A DNA stretch of 40,017 bases from Candidatus Sulfomarinibacteraceae bacterium (lineage in GTDB: Bacteria; Chloroflexota; Limnocylindria; Limnocylindrales; CSP1-4): positions 1 through 40,017 of the forward strand of contig DATIUS010000077.1 in assembly GCA_035466655.1 (NCBI GenBank). The letters are read 5' to 3'. Position numbers and translations under genes: made by a program. Under the pieces are notes generated by a model. It did not search any database. It saw only the letters and a list, made by a program, of their open reading frames with translations, and was not told where the DNA came from. This document shows positions 8,244 to 16,733 of this stretch, in pieces; the first letter of the stretch is position 1, and every line of letters begins with the position of its first letter.

Positions 8244-9998
8244 GTGCGACTTGTCGAGATCCGGCTGCTCGAAGGCCCGAACGTCTACCGGCTTCGGCCG
8301 GTGGTCAAGGTCGAGGTTGCGGTCGGGCGGCGCCGGACCTGGTTCGGGCAGCGCCTGCCGGGGCGGCACGCGCTCGTGCGACTCGGGGCGTCCGTTCCGG
8401 AGCGTGACTGGCCGGAGGCCGTGGCGACGATCGCCGGCTGGGGCAGGCGGCTCCGGCGTGCGCACGGTGAGGGCGTCGGCGGCGTGCGGGTCCACCGCTC
8501 GTCCGATCCCGGCCACTGGGTCCTGACCTGGCCGTGGTCCGGGGCGGAGCGGGCGCGCCTGATCGCTGAAGCGGCCGTTGCCCTCGCCGACCGGTCGGCG
8601 ACGCCGGCCCCGCGGGCCCGCCTGACGGGCACCCAGGAGCGGCTCCTGGCGTCCTGGACGGAACGCATCCGGCGGGCGTCGGCGACGCCACCGACGTGGA
8701 TTCGGGACGGCGATCGGCGGATCCCGGTCGTGTCGATCTCGGGAACGAACGGGAAGTCGACCACCGCCCGCCTCCTCACCCGGATCCTGCTGCGGGCGGG
8801 GCGGCGCGTCGGGACGACGACCTCGGACGGCGTCCTCATCGACGAGCGCATGGTGGATCCCGGCGACTGGACCGGACCCGGTGGTGCGCACGAGATCCTC
8901 CGTCGGTCGGACGTCGACGTCGCCGTGCTGGAGACCGCGCGCGGCGGGCTCGTGCTGCGCGGAATCGGCTACGAGTCAAACGAGGTGAGCATCCTCACCA
9001 ACGTGACCGCAGACCACCTGGACGTCCAGGGGATCCACACGCTCCCCGAGCTGGCCGAGGTCAAGTCGACCGTCTGCCGGATCACGAAGCTGGCCGGCTC
9101 GGTGATCCTCAACGCGGACGACCCGCTCGTCCGGGCGATGGCACGCGTTGTCCGGGCGCAGGTCGCCTGGTTCACGCTCGAGGGCGACGCTTCCGCCACG
9201 GTCCGGCGCCACCTCGACCGCCGCGGTCGCGCCTACCTGGTCCGCCGGGGCGACCTCGGGGAGGCCGAGGGCGACCGATGGACCCCGATCGTGGCGGTCC
9301 GCGAGATCCCGATCACGCTCGCCGGGCTCGCCCGTCACAACGTCGCGAACGCGCTCGCGGCCGCGGGCGGCGCCCGAGCCCTCGGCGCCACGATCGAGGA
9401 GGTCCGGGCCGGGCTCATCGACTTCCGCCCGATCGCCGAGGAGTCACCCGGCCGGCTCAACGTCTACCGCAGCGGTGCCCGCGTGGCGATCGTCGACTTC
9501 GCCCACAACGTGGCCGGGTTGGCGGCGCTCCTCGACGTCGCCGGCGCGATCGCCGCAGGGGCCGGCGGCCGGGTGACGCCGATCACGGTGATCATCGGCA
9601 CGGCCGGCGACCGTCCCGACGACACGCTCCGGGGGATGGGCGCGATCGCCGCGGCGGGGGCCCAGCGCGTCGCGGTCAAGGAGACGCTCAGCTACCTGCG
9701 GGGTCGATCCCGCGAATCTGTCGTCGGGGAGCTGATCGCCGGCGCGAGGGAGGCCGGCTGGACGACCGAGATCCCGGTCTACGAGAACGAGACGGCGGCG
9801 CTGCGCGCGGAGCTCAACGGCGCCGGAGGCGGCGTCAGCGGCGCCCGGCCGGACGGGGCGCGAATCGTGGTCCTCCTGTGCCACGAGGACCGGACCGGCG
9901 TGTTCGCCCTGCTCGCCGATCTCGGCTTCCGGCCTGTCCAGTCCACCGCGGACCTGGTGGGCCTGGTGCCGCGCCTCGAGGATCGACCGCGGCGCTGA
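8244..9998 (+). CDS. Cyanophycin synthetase-like protein with CphA N-domain and Mur-ligase-like M domain only (no ATP-grasp domain)
   Basis: 584 aa, GTG start. The N-terminus MRLVEIRLLEGPNVYRLRPVVKVEV parallels LRILETRILRGPNYWSRAPVIRMLV of the neighbouring CphA. From about residue 158 it is collinear with the CphA M domain: ISGTNGKSTT P-loop (nt 8742..8762), ETARGG, NVTADHLD, ILNADDP, DFAHN and GTAGDRPDD. Confidence 0.85.
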   Translation: MRLVEIRLLEGPNVYRLRPVVKVEVAVGRRRTWFGQRLPGRHALVRLGASVPERDWPEAVATIAGWGRRLRRAHGEGVGGVRVHRSSDPGHWVLTWPWSGAERARLIAEAAVALADRSATPAPRARLTGTQERLLASWTERIRRASATPPTWIRDGDRRIPVVSISGTNGKSTTARLLTRILLRAGRRVGTTTSDGVLIDERMVDPGDWTGPGGAHEILRRSDVDVAVLETARGGLVLRGIGYESNEVSILTNVTADHLDVQGIHTLPELAEVKSTVCRITKLAGSVILNADDPLVRAMARVVRAQVAWFTLEGDASATVRRHLDRRGRAYLVRRGDLGEAEGDRWTPIVAVREIPITLAGLARHNVANALAAAGGARALGATIEEVRAGLIDFRPIAEESPGRLNVYRSGARVAIVDFAHNVAGLAALLDVAGAIAAGAGGRVTPITVIIGTAGDRPDDTLRGMGAIAAAGAQRVAVKETLSYLRGRSRESVVGELIAGAREAGWTTEIPVYENETAALRAELNGAGGGVSGARPDGARIVVLLCHEDRTGVFALLADLGFRPVQSTADLVGLVPRLEDRPRR

Positions 9999-10090
9999 AA
10001 CGCGTTGCGCCGCGAGGGGCGGCCGCGCATGATGTCCGCCAGCGCCGGACGGCCGGCGATCGAGAGGGATGGAGGACCTGCCCCGTGGAA

Positions 10091-10183
10091 ATGGCGATCG
10101 GCGTCGCGCTGGTGGTGATCTCGGCCGCGCTCATCTTCGGCATCGTCCGGGTCGTCAGCGGGAACATGGGCATCGGTCGCTGA
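10091..10183 (+). CDS. Possible 30-aa hydrophobic micropeptide
   Basis: Terminal 30 codons of track ORF 8696..10183: MAIGVALVVISAALIFGIVRVVSGNMGIGR. One predicted TM helix; nearly all third codon positions are G/C. GGAGG lies about 15 nt upstream, which is far. Weak call. Confidence 0.25.
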   Translation: MAIGVALVVISAALIFGIVRVVSGNMGIGR

Positions 10184-10289
10184 CCGACGGCTCCGCCCCT
10201 GCCCGGTCGGGAGCTCGACACGAAAGCCCTCACTCCAGCCAGATTGTCAGGGCCTGATCGCCTCTCGCGGCAGGGCGACCCGGCAGGTC

Positions 10290-13127
10290 CTATCCGACCG
10301 GCGCCTCGAGTTCGCCGGGATCCGCGAACGCGGTAGTCCCGAGGCCGTGGCCGGCGGCGGCCATCGATTCACGGTAGACGGCGATCGCGTCGTCGACGCA
10401 CATGACGAGGAGGTCGCCCGGGCTGGCGCGGCGCAGCGCCGTGCGGGCGGCGGTCAGCTCGTCGAGGATCTTGTCGGCCCGCGTGGTGCGGGCACCGGCC
10501 CCACGGGCGCGACGAATCCCCTCGAGCACGTGCGCGGCGGCCTCGGCCGGGACGCGGCCGCGCAGGTTCCGATCCTCGCGGACGATGATCTCGTCGAATG
10601 CCCCGGCCGCGAGCGCGCCGTAGTCGCGCATGTCCTCGTCGCGCCGGTCGCCCGGGACGCCGATCACACCGATGGCGCGCCCCGAGCGGACCCCGTTGTC
10701 GGTCATCATCCGGTTCACGAAGTCGGCCAGTGCCCGCATCCCGTCGACGTTGTGGCAGTAGTCGATGACGACGCGAACGCCGCCGACCTCCAGCAGGTTC
10801 AGACGGCCGGGCGCCTGGAAGAACGACGTCGTGAACGTTCGGAGGCCCTGCCGGATGTCGTGGAGGTGGGCCCCGGCCGCCCAGGCCGCCGCCGCCGCGG
10901 CCAGCGCGTTGGCGACGTTCATCCGGGCCTTGCCCCCGAACGTGGCGGGGACGAGGTGCGTGTACAGCACCGGCATCGTCCGGGGTCCGTGGCGAAGGAC
11001 GATCTGGTCGCCCTCCGGCGTGTGCCTGAGGACAAAGGCGGCGCCGCCCCGGCCGCAGTGCCCGTCCACCCGGTCGAAGCCGGGCTCTCCCTTGTCCGTT
11101 TCCATCGAGAAGTAGGTGACCGAGCCGTCGCACTGCTGGTTCATCCGGGCGACATTGGGGTCGTCCGCATTCAGGATCGCCGAGCCCGTCCGCGGCACCG
11201 CCTCGACGAGGACGCCCTTCACGTCCGCCAGCTGGCGGAGCGTGTCGATGCCGCCCAGTCCGAGGTGATCCCCGGTGACGTTCGTCACGACCGCGACGTC
11301 GTTCCGGTCGTAGCCGAGGCCCTCGCGGAGGATCCCGCCCCGGGCCACCTCGAAGACGGCGGTGTCCACCGTCGGGTTCTGGAGGATCATCCGGGCCGAC
11401 TTCGGGCCGGACATGTCGCCCCGCTTGATCATCCGCCCGTCGACGACGATGCCGTCGGTCGACGTCATCCCGACTCGCCGGCCCATCAGCTTGAGGATGT
11501 GGGCGATCATCCGGACCGTCGTGGTCTTGCCGTTCGTGCCGGTGACCGCGATGATCGGGATGCGGGACGGGGCGCCGGGCGGGAAGAGCAGGTCGATCAC
11601 GGGCCGCGCGACGTACTGCGGCTCGCCCTCGGTCGGATGGGTGTGCATCCGGAACCCGGGGGCGGCGTTCACCTCGACGATCGCCCCGCCGGTCTCGCGC
11701 ACCGGAACAGTGATGTCCGGGCAGATGAAGTCGATTCCCGCGACGTCGAGGCCGACGACCCGGGCGGCCATCTCGGCGATCTCGACGTTGTCCGGGTGCG
11801 CCTCGAGCGTCCGGTCGATCGACGTCCCGCCGGTGGACATGTTGCCGGTCAGGGCGAGCTTGACCCGTGTCCCGACCGGCGGCACCGCATCGGGCTCGAA
11901 GCCCTGACTCCGGGCGAGCTCGATCGCCGCGTCGTCCAGCTTGATCTTCGTCAGGACCTTCTCGTGGCCGATCCCGCGCCGCGGATCGCTGTTCGTCTGG
12001 TCGACGAGCTGGCGGACCGTGAGGACCCCGTCGCCGACCACCGAGGCCGGGACCCGCTCCGCGATCGCCGCCACCTCCCCGCCGATCACGAGGCAGCGGT
12101 AGTCGTTGCCGTGGATGTACGTCTCCACCACGACCTCACCGGAACGCGTCTCGCGAAGGGCGCCCGGCCAGGCGGCCCGGACGTCGTCCTCGCTGCGAAG
12201 GTCCAGGTGGACGCCCCGGCCGTGGTTGCCGTCGAGCGGTTTGATCACGCACGGGAAGCCGAGCCGGCGGGCCGCCGCAACGGCATCGTCGACGGTCTCG
12301 ACGACGTCCGCCCTCGGCACCGGGAGGCCAGCCGAATCGAGGAGACGGTTGGTCAGGTTCTTGTCGCTCGCGATGTCCACAGCGATGCCCGACGTCCGCG
12401 ACGTCATCGTCGCCCGGATCCGCTGCTGGTGAACCCCCTGGCCGAGCTGGACGAGGGAGTGGCGATCAAGCCGAATGAACGGGATGTCCCGCGACGCGGC
12501 CTCGTCGATGATCGCCTGGGTCGACGGCCCGAACGCCTGGCGTTCGGCAAGCCGGATGAGCGTCTCGAGCTCGGCGAGGAAGTCGAGATCCGGGTCGCTC
12601 GCCGGGTCGACGAGGTGGTTGACGATCCGGACGGCAAGCCTGCCGGCCTCGATGCCGACGGTCTCCTCGCGAAACTCGTAGATGACGTTGTACTGGCCGG
12701 GCGTGCCCGCGCCCCGGGTCTTGCCGTGTCTGACGTCCGTGCCGGCCAGGTTCTGGAGCTCGAGGGCGATGTGCTCGGCGACGTGGCCGGCCCACGTCCC
12801 GTCGCGGAGCCGCGTCAGGAAGCCCCCCCGCCGGTTGAGCGAGCAGGCGTGATCCTCGAGCGACGGCAGCCACTCGATGAGCCCGTCGACGAAACCCGCG
12901 ATGGTGTTCGATGGGAACGCCTCGAGCGAGCCGAGGTCGACGAGCATCCGGATGACCGGCGCGCGCGACCAGTAGTTCGGGCCACGCAGGATCCGCGTTT
13001 CCAGGATGCGGAGGTCGGGCGCGGGCCGGTCGGGTCCCCCGGACGCCGCGGCCGCCGAGGCCGTGCCAGCCGCCGCCGGTCGCGATCGCTTCGCCCGGAC
13101 TGTCTTCTGCGCAGCGGTCTCGGCCAC
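10290..13127 (-). CDS. cphA: Cyanophycin synthetase (full N + ATP-grasp + Mur-ligase-like architecture)
   Basis: Track ORF 10290..13211. Contains the N domain (LRILETRILRGPNYWS), an ATP-grasp region (VIKPLDGNHGRGV, IVEVNAAPGFRMH) and the M domain (VTGTNGKTTT, NVTGDHLG, ILNADDP, DYCHN, GVPGDRRDE). The start is set at GTG 13127 with GGGAGGG 7 nt upstream, which avoids overlapping cphB. Confidence 0.92.
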   Translation of the reverse strand: MAETAAQKTVRAKRSRPAAAGTASAAAASGGPDRPAPDLRILETRILRGPNYWSRAPVIRMLVDLGSLEAFPSNTIAGFVDGLIEWLPSLEDHACSLNRRGGFLTRLRDGTWAGHVAEHIALELQNLAGTDVRHGKTRGAGTPGQYNVIYEFREETVGIEAGRLAVRIVNHLVDPASDPDLDFLAELETLIRLAERQAFGPSTQAIIDEAASRDIPFIRLDRHSLVQLGQGVHQQRIRATMTSRTSGIAVDIASDKNLTNRLLDSAGLPVPRADVVETVDDAVAAARRLGFPCVIKPLDGNHGRGVHLDLRSEDDVRAAWPGALRETRSGEVVVETYIHGNDYRCLVIGGEVAAIAERVPASVVGDGVLTVRQLVDQTNSDPRRGIGHEKVLTKIKLDDAAIELARSQGFEPDAVPPVGTRVKLALTGNMSTGGTSIDRTLEAHPDNVEIAEMAARVVGLDVAGIDFICPDITVPVRETGGAIVEVNAAPGFRMHTHPTEGEPQYVARPVIDLLFPPGAPSRIPIIAVTGTNGKTTTVRMIAHILKLMGRRVGMTSTDGIVVDGRMIKRGDMSGPKSARMILQNPTVDTAVFEVARGGILREGLGYDRNDVAVVTNVTGDHLGLGGIDTLRQLADVKGVLVEAVPRTGSAILNADDPNVARMNQQCDGSVTYFSMETDKGEPGFDRVDGHCGRGGAAFVLRHTPEGDQIVLRHGPRTMPVLYTHLVPATFGGKARMNVANALAAAAAAWAAGAHLHDIRQGLRTFTTSFFQAPGRLNLLEVGGVRVVIDYCHNVDGMRALADFVNRMMTDNGVRSGRAIGVIGVPGDRRDEDMRDYGALAAGAFDEIIVREDRNLRGRVPAEAAAHVLEGIRRARGAGARTTRADKILDELTAARTALRRASPGDLLVMCVDDAIAVYRESMAAAGHGLGTTAFADPGELEAPVG

Positions 13128-13185
13128 GTGGCGACCCTCCCGTGGGCGCCGGTGGGCCGGCGCCTCGACTGACCCTGGACGAAGG

Positions 13186-14025
13186 CTAGCTGGAGGCGGC
13201 GGCCTCGCCACCGGGCAGGGCCTTGAGATTCGGTCCGGCGATCCGGTGTCGACGGCGGAGATCGAACCGATAGCCGGCCGGCAGGGAGTGCAGGACGACG
13301 CCGCTGAGCATGACCGGGCGATGGCCGCGCACCTCCCAGGCGTCGGTCTCGGCCGCGGAACCGTCCACGACCGTCACGCTGCCGCGCCCGATCACCTCGA
13401 GGACCTGGTCCGGACCGACCACGCCGGCCGTGTCCTCGTCCACGCCCAGACCGAGAAGGCTCGGGTTCTGGGCGATCAGGCTGAGGAGCCGGCCGAGCCG
13501 GTTTCGCTGCTGGAAGTGCTGGTCGACGATGACGCCGGGCAGGACCCCGAGGCCCGCTGCGATCGCGGCCATCCGGTGCTTCGGGGTGGCGCCGCTCGCC
13601 CCGAACGCGATCATGTGGCTGGACATGGCCGAGGCACCGGCGGACGTGCCGGCGATCACCGCGCCGTGCCGGAACCGCTCGAGGACGGCGTCGGCGAGCC
13701 GCGTGCCGCCGAGCGTCGACGACAGCCGGAGCTGGTTGCCGCCGGTCAGGAAGATCCCCGTCGCGTCGCCGACGGCGCGGGCGAAGGTCTCGTCGTTGGC
13801 CTGGGCCCGCGTCATCGCGTGGAGCGGGCGGACGGTGCGGACGCCGAGCTCGGTGAAGATCTCGCGGTAGCGCTCACCGGCCTCGTGCCCCAGCGACGAC
13901 GCCGTTGAGATCACCACGACGGTCGCCGCCTCGCCGCCGGCGAGCGCGACGAAGCGGTTCAGGATGATCCGATCCCGGATCTTGTCCTCCGCGCCGCCGA
14001 TGACGATGACCGTTCCGTCGCTCAT
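13186..14025 (-). CDS. cphB: Cyanophycinase (peptidase S51)
   Basis: Track ORF 13186..14106; the conserved protein starts MSDGTVIVIGGAEDK at ATG 14025. Motifs: FLTGGNQ, IAGTSAGASAM (Ser nucleophile context) and VDQHF. Lies directly upstream of cphA. Confidence 0.9.
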   Translation of the reverse strand: MSDGTVIVIGGAEDKIRDRIILNRFVALAGGEAATVVVISTASSLGHEAGERYREIFTELGVRTVRPLHAMTRAQANDETFARAVGDATGIFLTGGNQLRLSSTLGGTRLADAVLERFRHGAVIAGTSAGASAMSSHMIAFGASGATPKHRMAAIAAGLGVLPGVIVDQHFQQRNRLGRLLSLIAQNPSLLGLGVDEDTAGVVGPDQVLEVIGRGSVTVVDGSAAETDAWEVRGHRPVMLSGVVLHSLPAGYRFDLRRRHRIAGPNLKALPGGEAAASS

Positions 14026-14036
14026 GGTTGCGCGGG

Positions 14037-14042
14037 AGTATA
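14037..14042 (-). promoter_or_regulatory. Candidate -10 hexamer TATACT, 11 nt before ATG 14025 (cphB)
   Basis: Reverse complement of agtata at 14037..14042. Suggests an internal promoter for cphB-cphA downstream of the MFS gene. Confidence 0.4.
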
Positions 14043-14154
14043 CCGGCGGGCGTCCTCGATCAGGGCCGGCCAGGGACCTGCCCCTGGCCGCGAACGCCCG
14101 GCCCATGCGGCGGCCGGGGACGACGCGGCCCCGTCGCGGGCGAGCGGTTCGCGA

Positions 14155-15480
14155 TTACGCCGCGGCCGGGGCCGGCGCGCGCTGCGACCTCGGCTCCACG
14201 ACCGGCCGGAGGAACAGCGCACCGAGGACGTAGTAGATGACCGCCAGGCCGAGGGCGAAGCGCGGGCCGCTGCCGTAACCCATGGCCGCGTTGGTCGCAT
14301 CCATGAGCAGGCCGCCGGTCATCACCGCGAAGATCCCGGCAGTGGCGGTCGCCACGTTGCTGATCCCCATGTAGCGGCCGGACGAGGCCTTCGGGATGAT
14401 GTCGGTCATGAGCGCCCAGTCGACCGCCAGGAACATGCCCGATCCGGCGCCGAAGAGCCCGGCGCCGACGATCGCGACGGGGATCGCCGGCGCCGCCGCG
14501 ACCACGGCCATCCCGAGACCCCCGAGGCCGCAGGCGGCGTAGATCACGGGCTTCCGCCCGATCCGGTCAGACAGGCGAGCCGCCGGGATGACCGACACGA
14601 CGTTGCCGAGCACCGTCGCGCCGAGCAGGGCGATGTTCGGCAGGCCCGTCTCCTCCTGGGCGAGGGCGAACGTCTGGGCCAGGTAGAAGAGGGCGAAGTT
14701 GACCAGCATGTTGGCGCCCATGAGGACGAACCAGCGCGAGCCCACGAGCCACAGGAACGAGCGCTGAGCGAGGATGTCCAGGCCCCACGCCTCGCGCCCG
14801 ATGGCGATCCACGACTTGCCCTCGCGCGGCCGTGCCGTGCGGCCCTCGTTCACCCTCCAGACGACCGACAGCATCGTGACGACCTCGAGGGCGCCGAGGG
14901 CCATCGTCCCGAGAAAGAAGTTGTCGGTCGCGACCGCGAGGGCGCCGATCCCGAACCCGGCGACGTTCCCGAGGACCTGGAACAGGCCGACGAGCGCGGA
15001 CGCAAGGCCGACCTGCTTCGCCGGGACGAGGTCCGGGACGTAGCCCTGGAAGGGGCCCTGGGCGAAGTTCGCGCTGACCTGGAGGAGGACCATGAACGCG
15101 GCGATCGCGAGCACCGTATTGGAGGAGGCGATCCCGAGCAGGAAGACGATGTCGAGGATCGAGCCGATGAAGATGTACGGCTTGCGGCGGCCCCAGCGGC
15201 TCATCGTGTAGTCGGAGATCGAGCCGACGGTCGGCTGGACGACGGCGGCGATGAACGCACCGGCGACGTTGAGGAGGAAGAGGGTCGTCCCCTCCGAGCC
15301 GGGCGAGTGGAGTGGCCCCGTCTCGTACTGGATCCGGCCCGACAGGATCTGGGTCAGCCCGATGAAGATCGACGACAGGCCGAGCCAGTAGAGCGACAGA
15401 CGGACCAGCTGGGTCTTGGGCAGGTCGTCCACCGGGCGGTCTCCCGGATCCGCGGCGGCTGCCGCATGCGCGAACTCCAC
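14155..15480 (-). CDS. MFS transporter (GPH/MFS_2-like)
   Basis: Track ORF 14155..15543. Multi-pass hydrophobic, with the loop PTVGSISDYTMSRWGRRKPYIFIGS, typical of GPH-like MFS carriers. GTG 15480 is chosen because GGAGAGGAGG lies 8 nt upstream. Confidence 0.85.
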   Translation of the reverse strand: MEFAHAAAAADPGDRPVDDLPKTQLVRLSLYWLGLSSIFIGLTQILSGRIQYETGPLHSPGSEGTTLFLLNVAGAFIAAVVQPTVGSISDYTMSRWGRRKPYIFIGSILDIVFLLGIASSNTVLAIAAFMVLLQVSANFAQGPFQGYVPDLVPAKQVGLASALVGLFQVLGNVAGFGIGALAVATDNFFLGTMALGALEVVTMLSVVWRVNEGRTARPREGKSWIAIGREAWGLDILAQRSFLWLVGSRWFVLMGANMLVNFALFYLAQTFALAQEETGLPNIALLGATVLGNVVSVIPAARLSDRIGRKPVIYAACGLGGLGMAVVAAAPAIPVAIVGAGLFGAGSGMFLAVDWALMTDIIPKASSGRYMGISNVATATAGIFAVMTGGLLMDATNAAMGYGSGPRFALGLAVIYYVLGALFLRPVVEPRSQRAPAPAAA

Positions 15481-15539
15481 GTCCCGTGCCTCCTCTCCAT
15501 TCCGACTGTTGCACGAGAGACGCCGGGCCGCCGCGACCG

Positions 15540-16253
15540 TCACACGGCAGTCGGGCGGCCTCCCGGATCGAGCGTGACCGTGGTCCGACTGGCGACCATT
15601 CGCCGGTCCGCCGCGGTCGGGGCGACGAACCGGAAGAGCGATCGGTCGAGCGAGTAGATCCCCGTGCCGGCGATCCCGATCCGACCGAGGCGGAACGTGA
15701 AGACGGGGTTCTCCCGGTTCCCGGCGTAGTGGTGCGCGGCACCGTCCGCGGTCAGGATGGCGAGGTTCGCCTGGCCGCCGAACGTGTCGTGCAGGGCGCC
15801 GAGGATGTGCGGGACGGATTCACCCTCACGCCACTCGTCCTCGAGCCAGCGGGCGCCCACCTCGGTGTCCGCCCGGCCGTGGATTCGGCCCTGGTCACGA
15901 TACCGAGCGCGCCAGCCGCGATGGAGGGTCAGGTCCCCGTTGTGGCTGAAGCTGTACCGGCCCGCCGGGTCGTCGAACGGCTGCGTGTCGGCCATGCCCA
16001 GGGTCGAGAGCCGCGACGGCCGGCGGAGGTGGACGAGCACGGAGGTCGTCTCCACCCGGCCGACGCGGTCATGCGCGGGGTCGTCACGAAAGGCTCGGAC
16101 GTCGCGATGGCTCGCCAGGCGCCCCTCGGTGCCGATCCAGGACGCACCCCACCCGAACCCGGCGATGCCGAACCGCTCGAGGCGCTCGGTGAAGTCCCAG
16201 AGCTCGTCCAGCCGGAAGGGTTCCGCCGCCCGGGCGACGAAGTGCTCGCACAT
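15540..16253 (-). CDS. Class II glutamine amidotransferase-like Ntn hydrolase (YafJ/EgtC-like)
   Basis: 237 aa beginning MCEHF (Cys2 as the putative N-terminal nucleophile), with FSHNGDL and GTGIYSLD segments typical of class II GATase folds. The stop lies 60 nt upstream of the MFS start. Confidence 0.8.
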   Translation of the reverse strand: MCEHFVARAAEPFRLDELWDFTERLERFGIAGFGWGASWIGTEGRLASHRDVRAFRDDPAHDRVGRVETTSVLVHLRRPSRLSTLGMADTQPFDDPAGRYSFSHNGDLTLHRGWRARYRDQGRIHGRADTEVGARWLEDEWREGESVPHILGALHDTFGGQANLAILTADGAAHHYAGNRENPVFTFRLGRIGIAGTGIYSLDRSLFRFVAPTAADRRMVASRTTVTLDPGGRPTAV

Positions 16254-16261
16254 CGCGGCCG

Positions 16262-16267
16262 ATGATA
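16262..16267 (-). promoter_or_regulatory. Candidate -10 hexamer TATCAT, 8 nt before ATG 16253 (class II amidotransferase-like gene)
   Basis: Reverse complement of atgata at 16262..16267. It forms the 7-nt loop of a GCGGCC/GGCCGC inverted repeat at 16255..16273. Confidence 0.4.
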
Positions 16268-16307
16268 GGCCGCTCGCGACGCCGAGATCAGGCGGTCCAG
16301 CCGGTGG

Positions 16308-16733
16308 CTACGCGAGGTCTGGGAGGACGATGAGGCCCTCGGCGGCCGCGGCGTCGCGGAGCCGTCCGTCGAAGGCGATGAACGCGGTGGGACCCTCGGC
16401 GACCCGCAGCGCCGAAGCGAGATGGATCGCATCGCCCGCGCGCAGCCCGTGCCGATCCGACAGGTCACCGGCTTCGCGGACCAGCGACTCATCAACCTCG
16501 ACCGCGACGACGCTCGTCCACAGCGCATCGATCAGGGCTCGGGTCGCCGGGAGCGCGAGTCCGCCCAATCGTCGGGATCGTGCCGCGGCAGCCACCGCCG
16601 AGCGGAGCTCGGCGTAGCCGATCAGCGACGCGTACCGGTCGCCGACATGCTCCCAGAGGCCGTCGACAGCGTCCGTCCCGGGTTCTGGCACCAACAGCTT
16701 CGCGAATGCCGAAGTATCGACATAGGCGATCAA
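16308..16733 (-). CDS. vapC: PIN-domain ribonuclease toxin VapC
   Basis: 141 aa. MIAYVDTSAF (first acidic residue) and GDAIHLASA are typical of PIN domains. There is a 4-nt overlap with the upstream antitoxin gene. Confidence 0.85.
   Translation of the reverse strand: MIAYVDTSAFAKLLVPEPGTDAVDGLWEHVGDRYASLIGYAELRSAVAAAARSRRLGGLALPATRALIDALWTSVVAVEVDESLVREAGDLSDRHGLRAGDAIHLASALRVAEGPTAFIAFDGRLRDAAAAEGLIVLPDLA

Noticed and set aside
8244-9998. Calling the 584-aa CphA-like protein CphA2 or MurT.
   Set aside because: As I know it, CphA2 retains the ATP-grasp domain and has a reduced M domain, the opposite of what is seen here. MurT lacks the CphA-type N-terminal domain and is normally paired with a GatD amidotransferase gene, which is absent.
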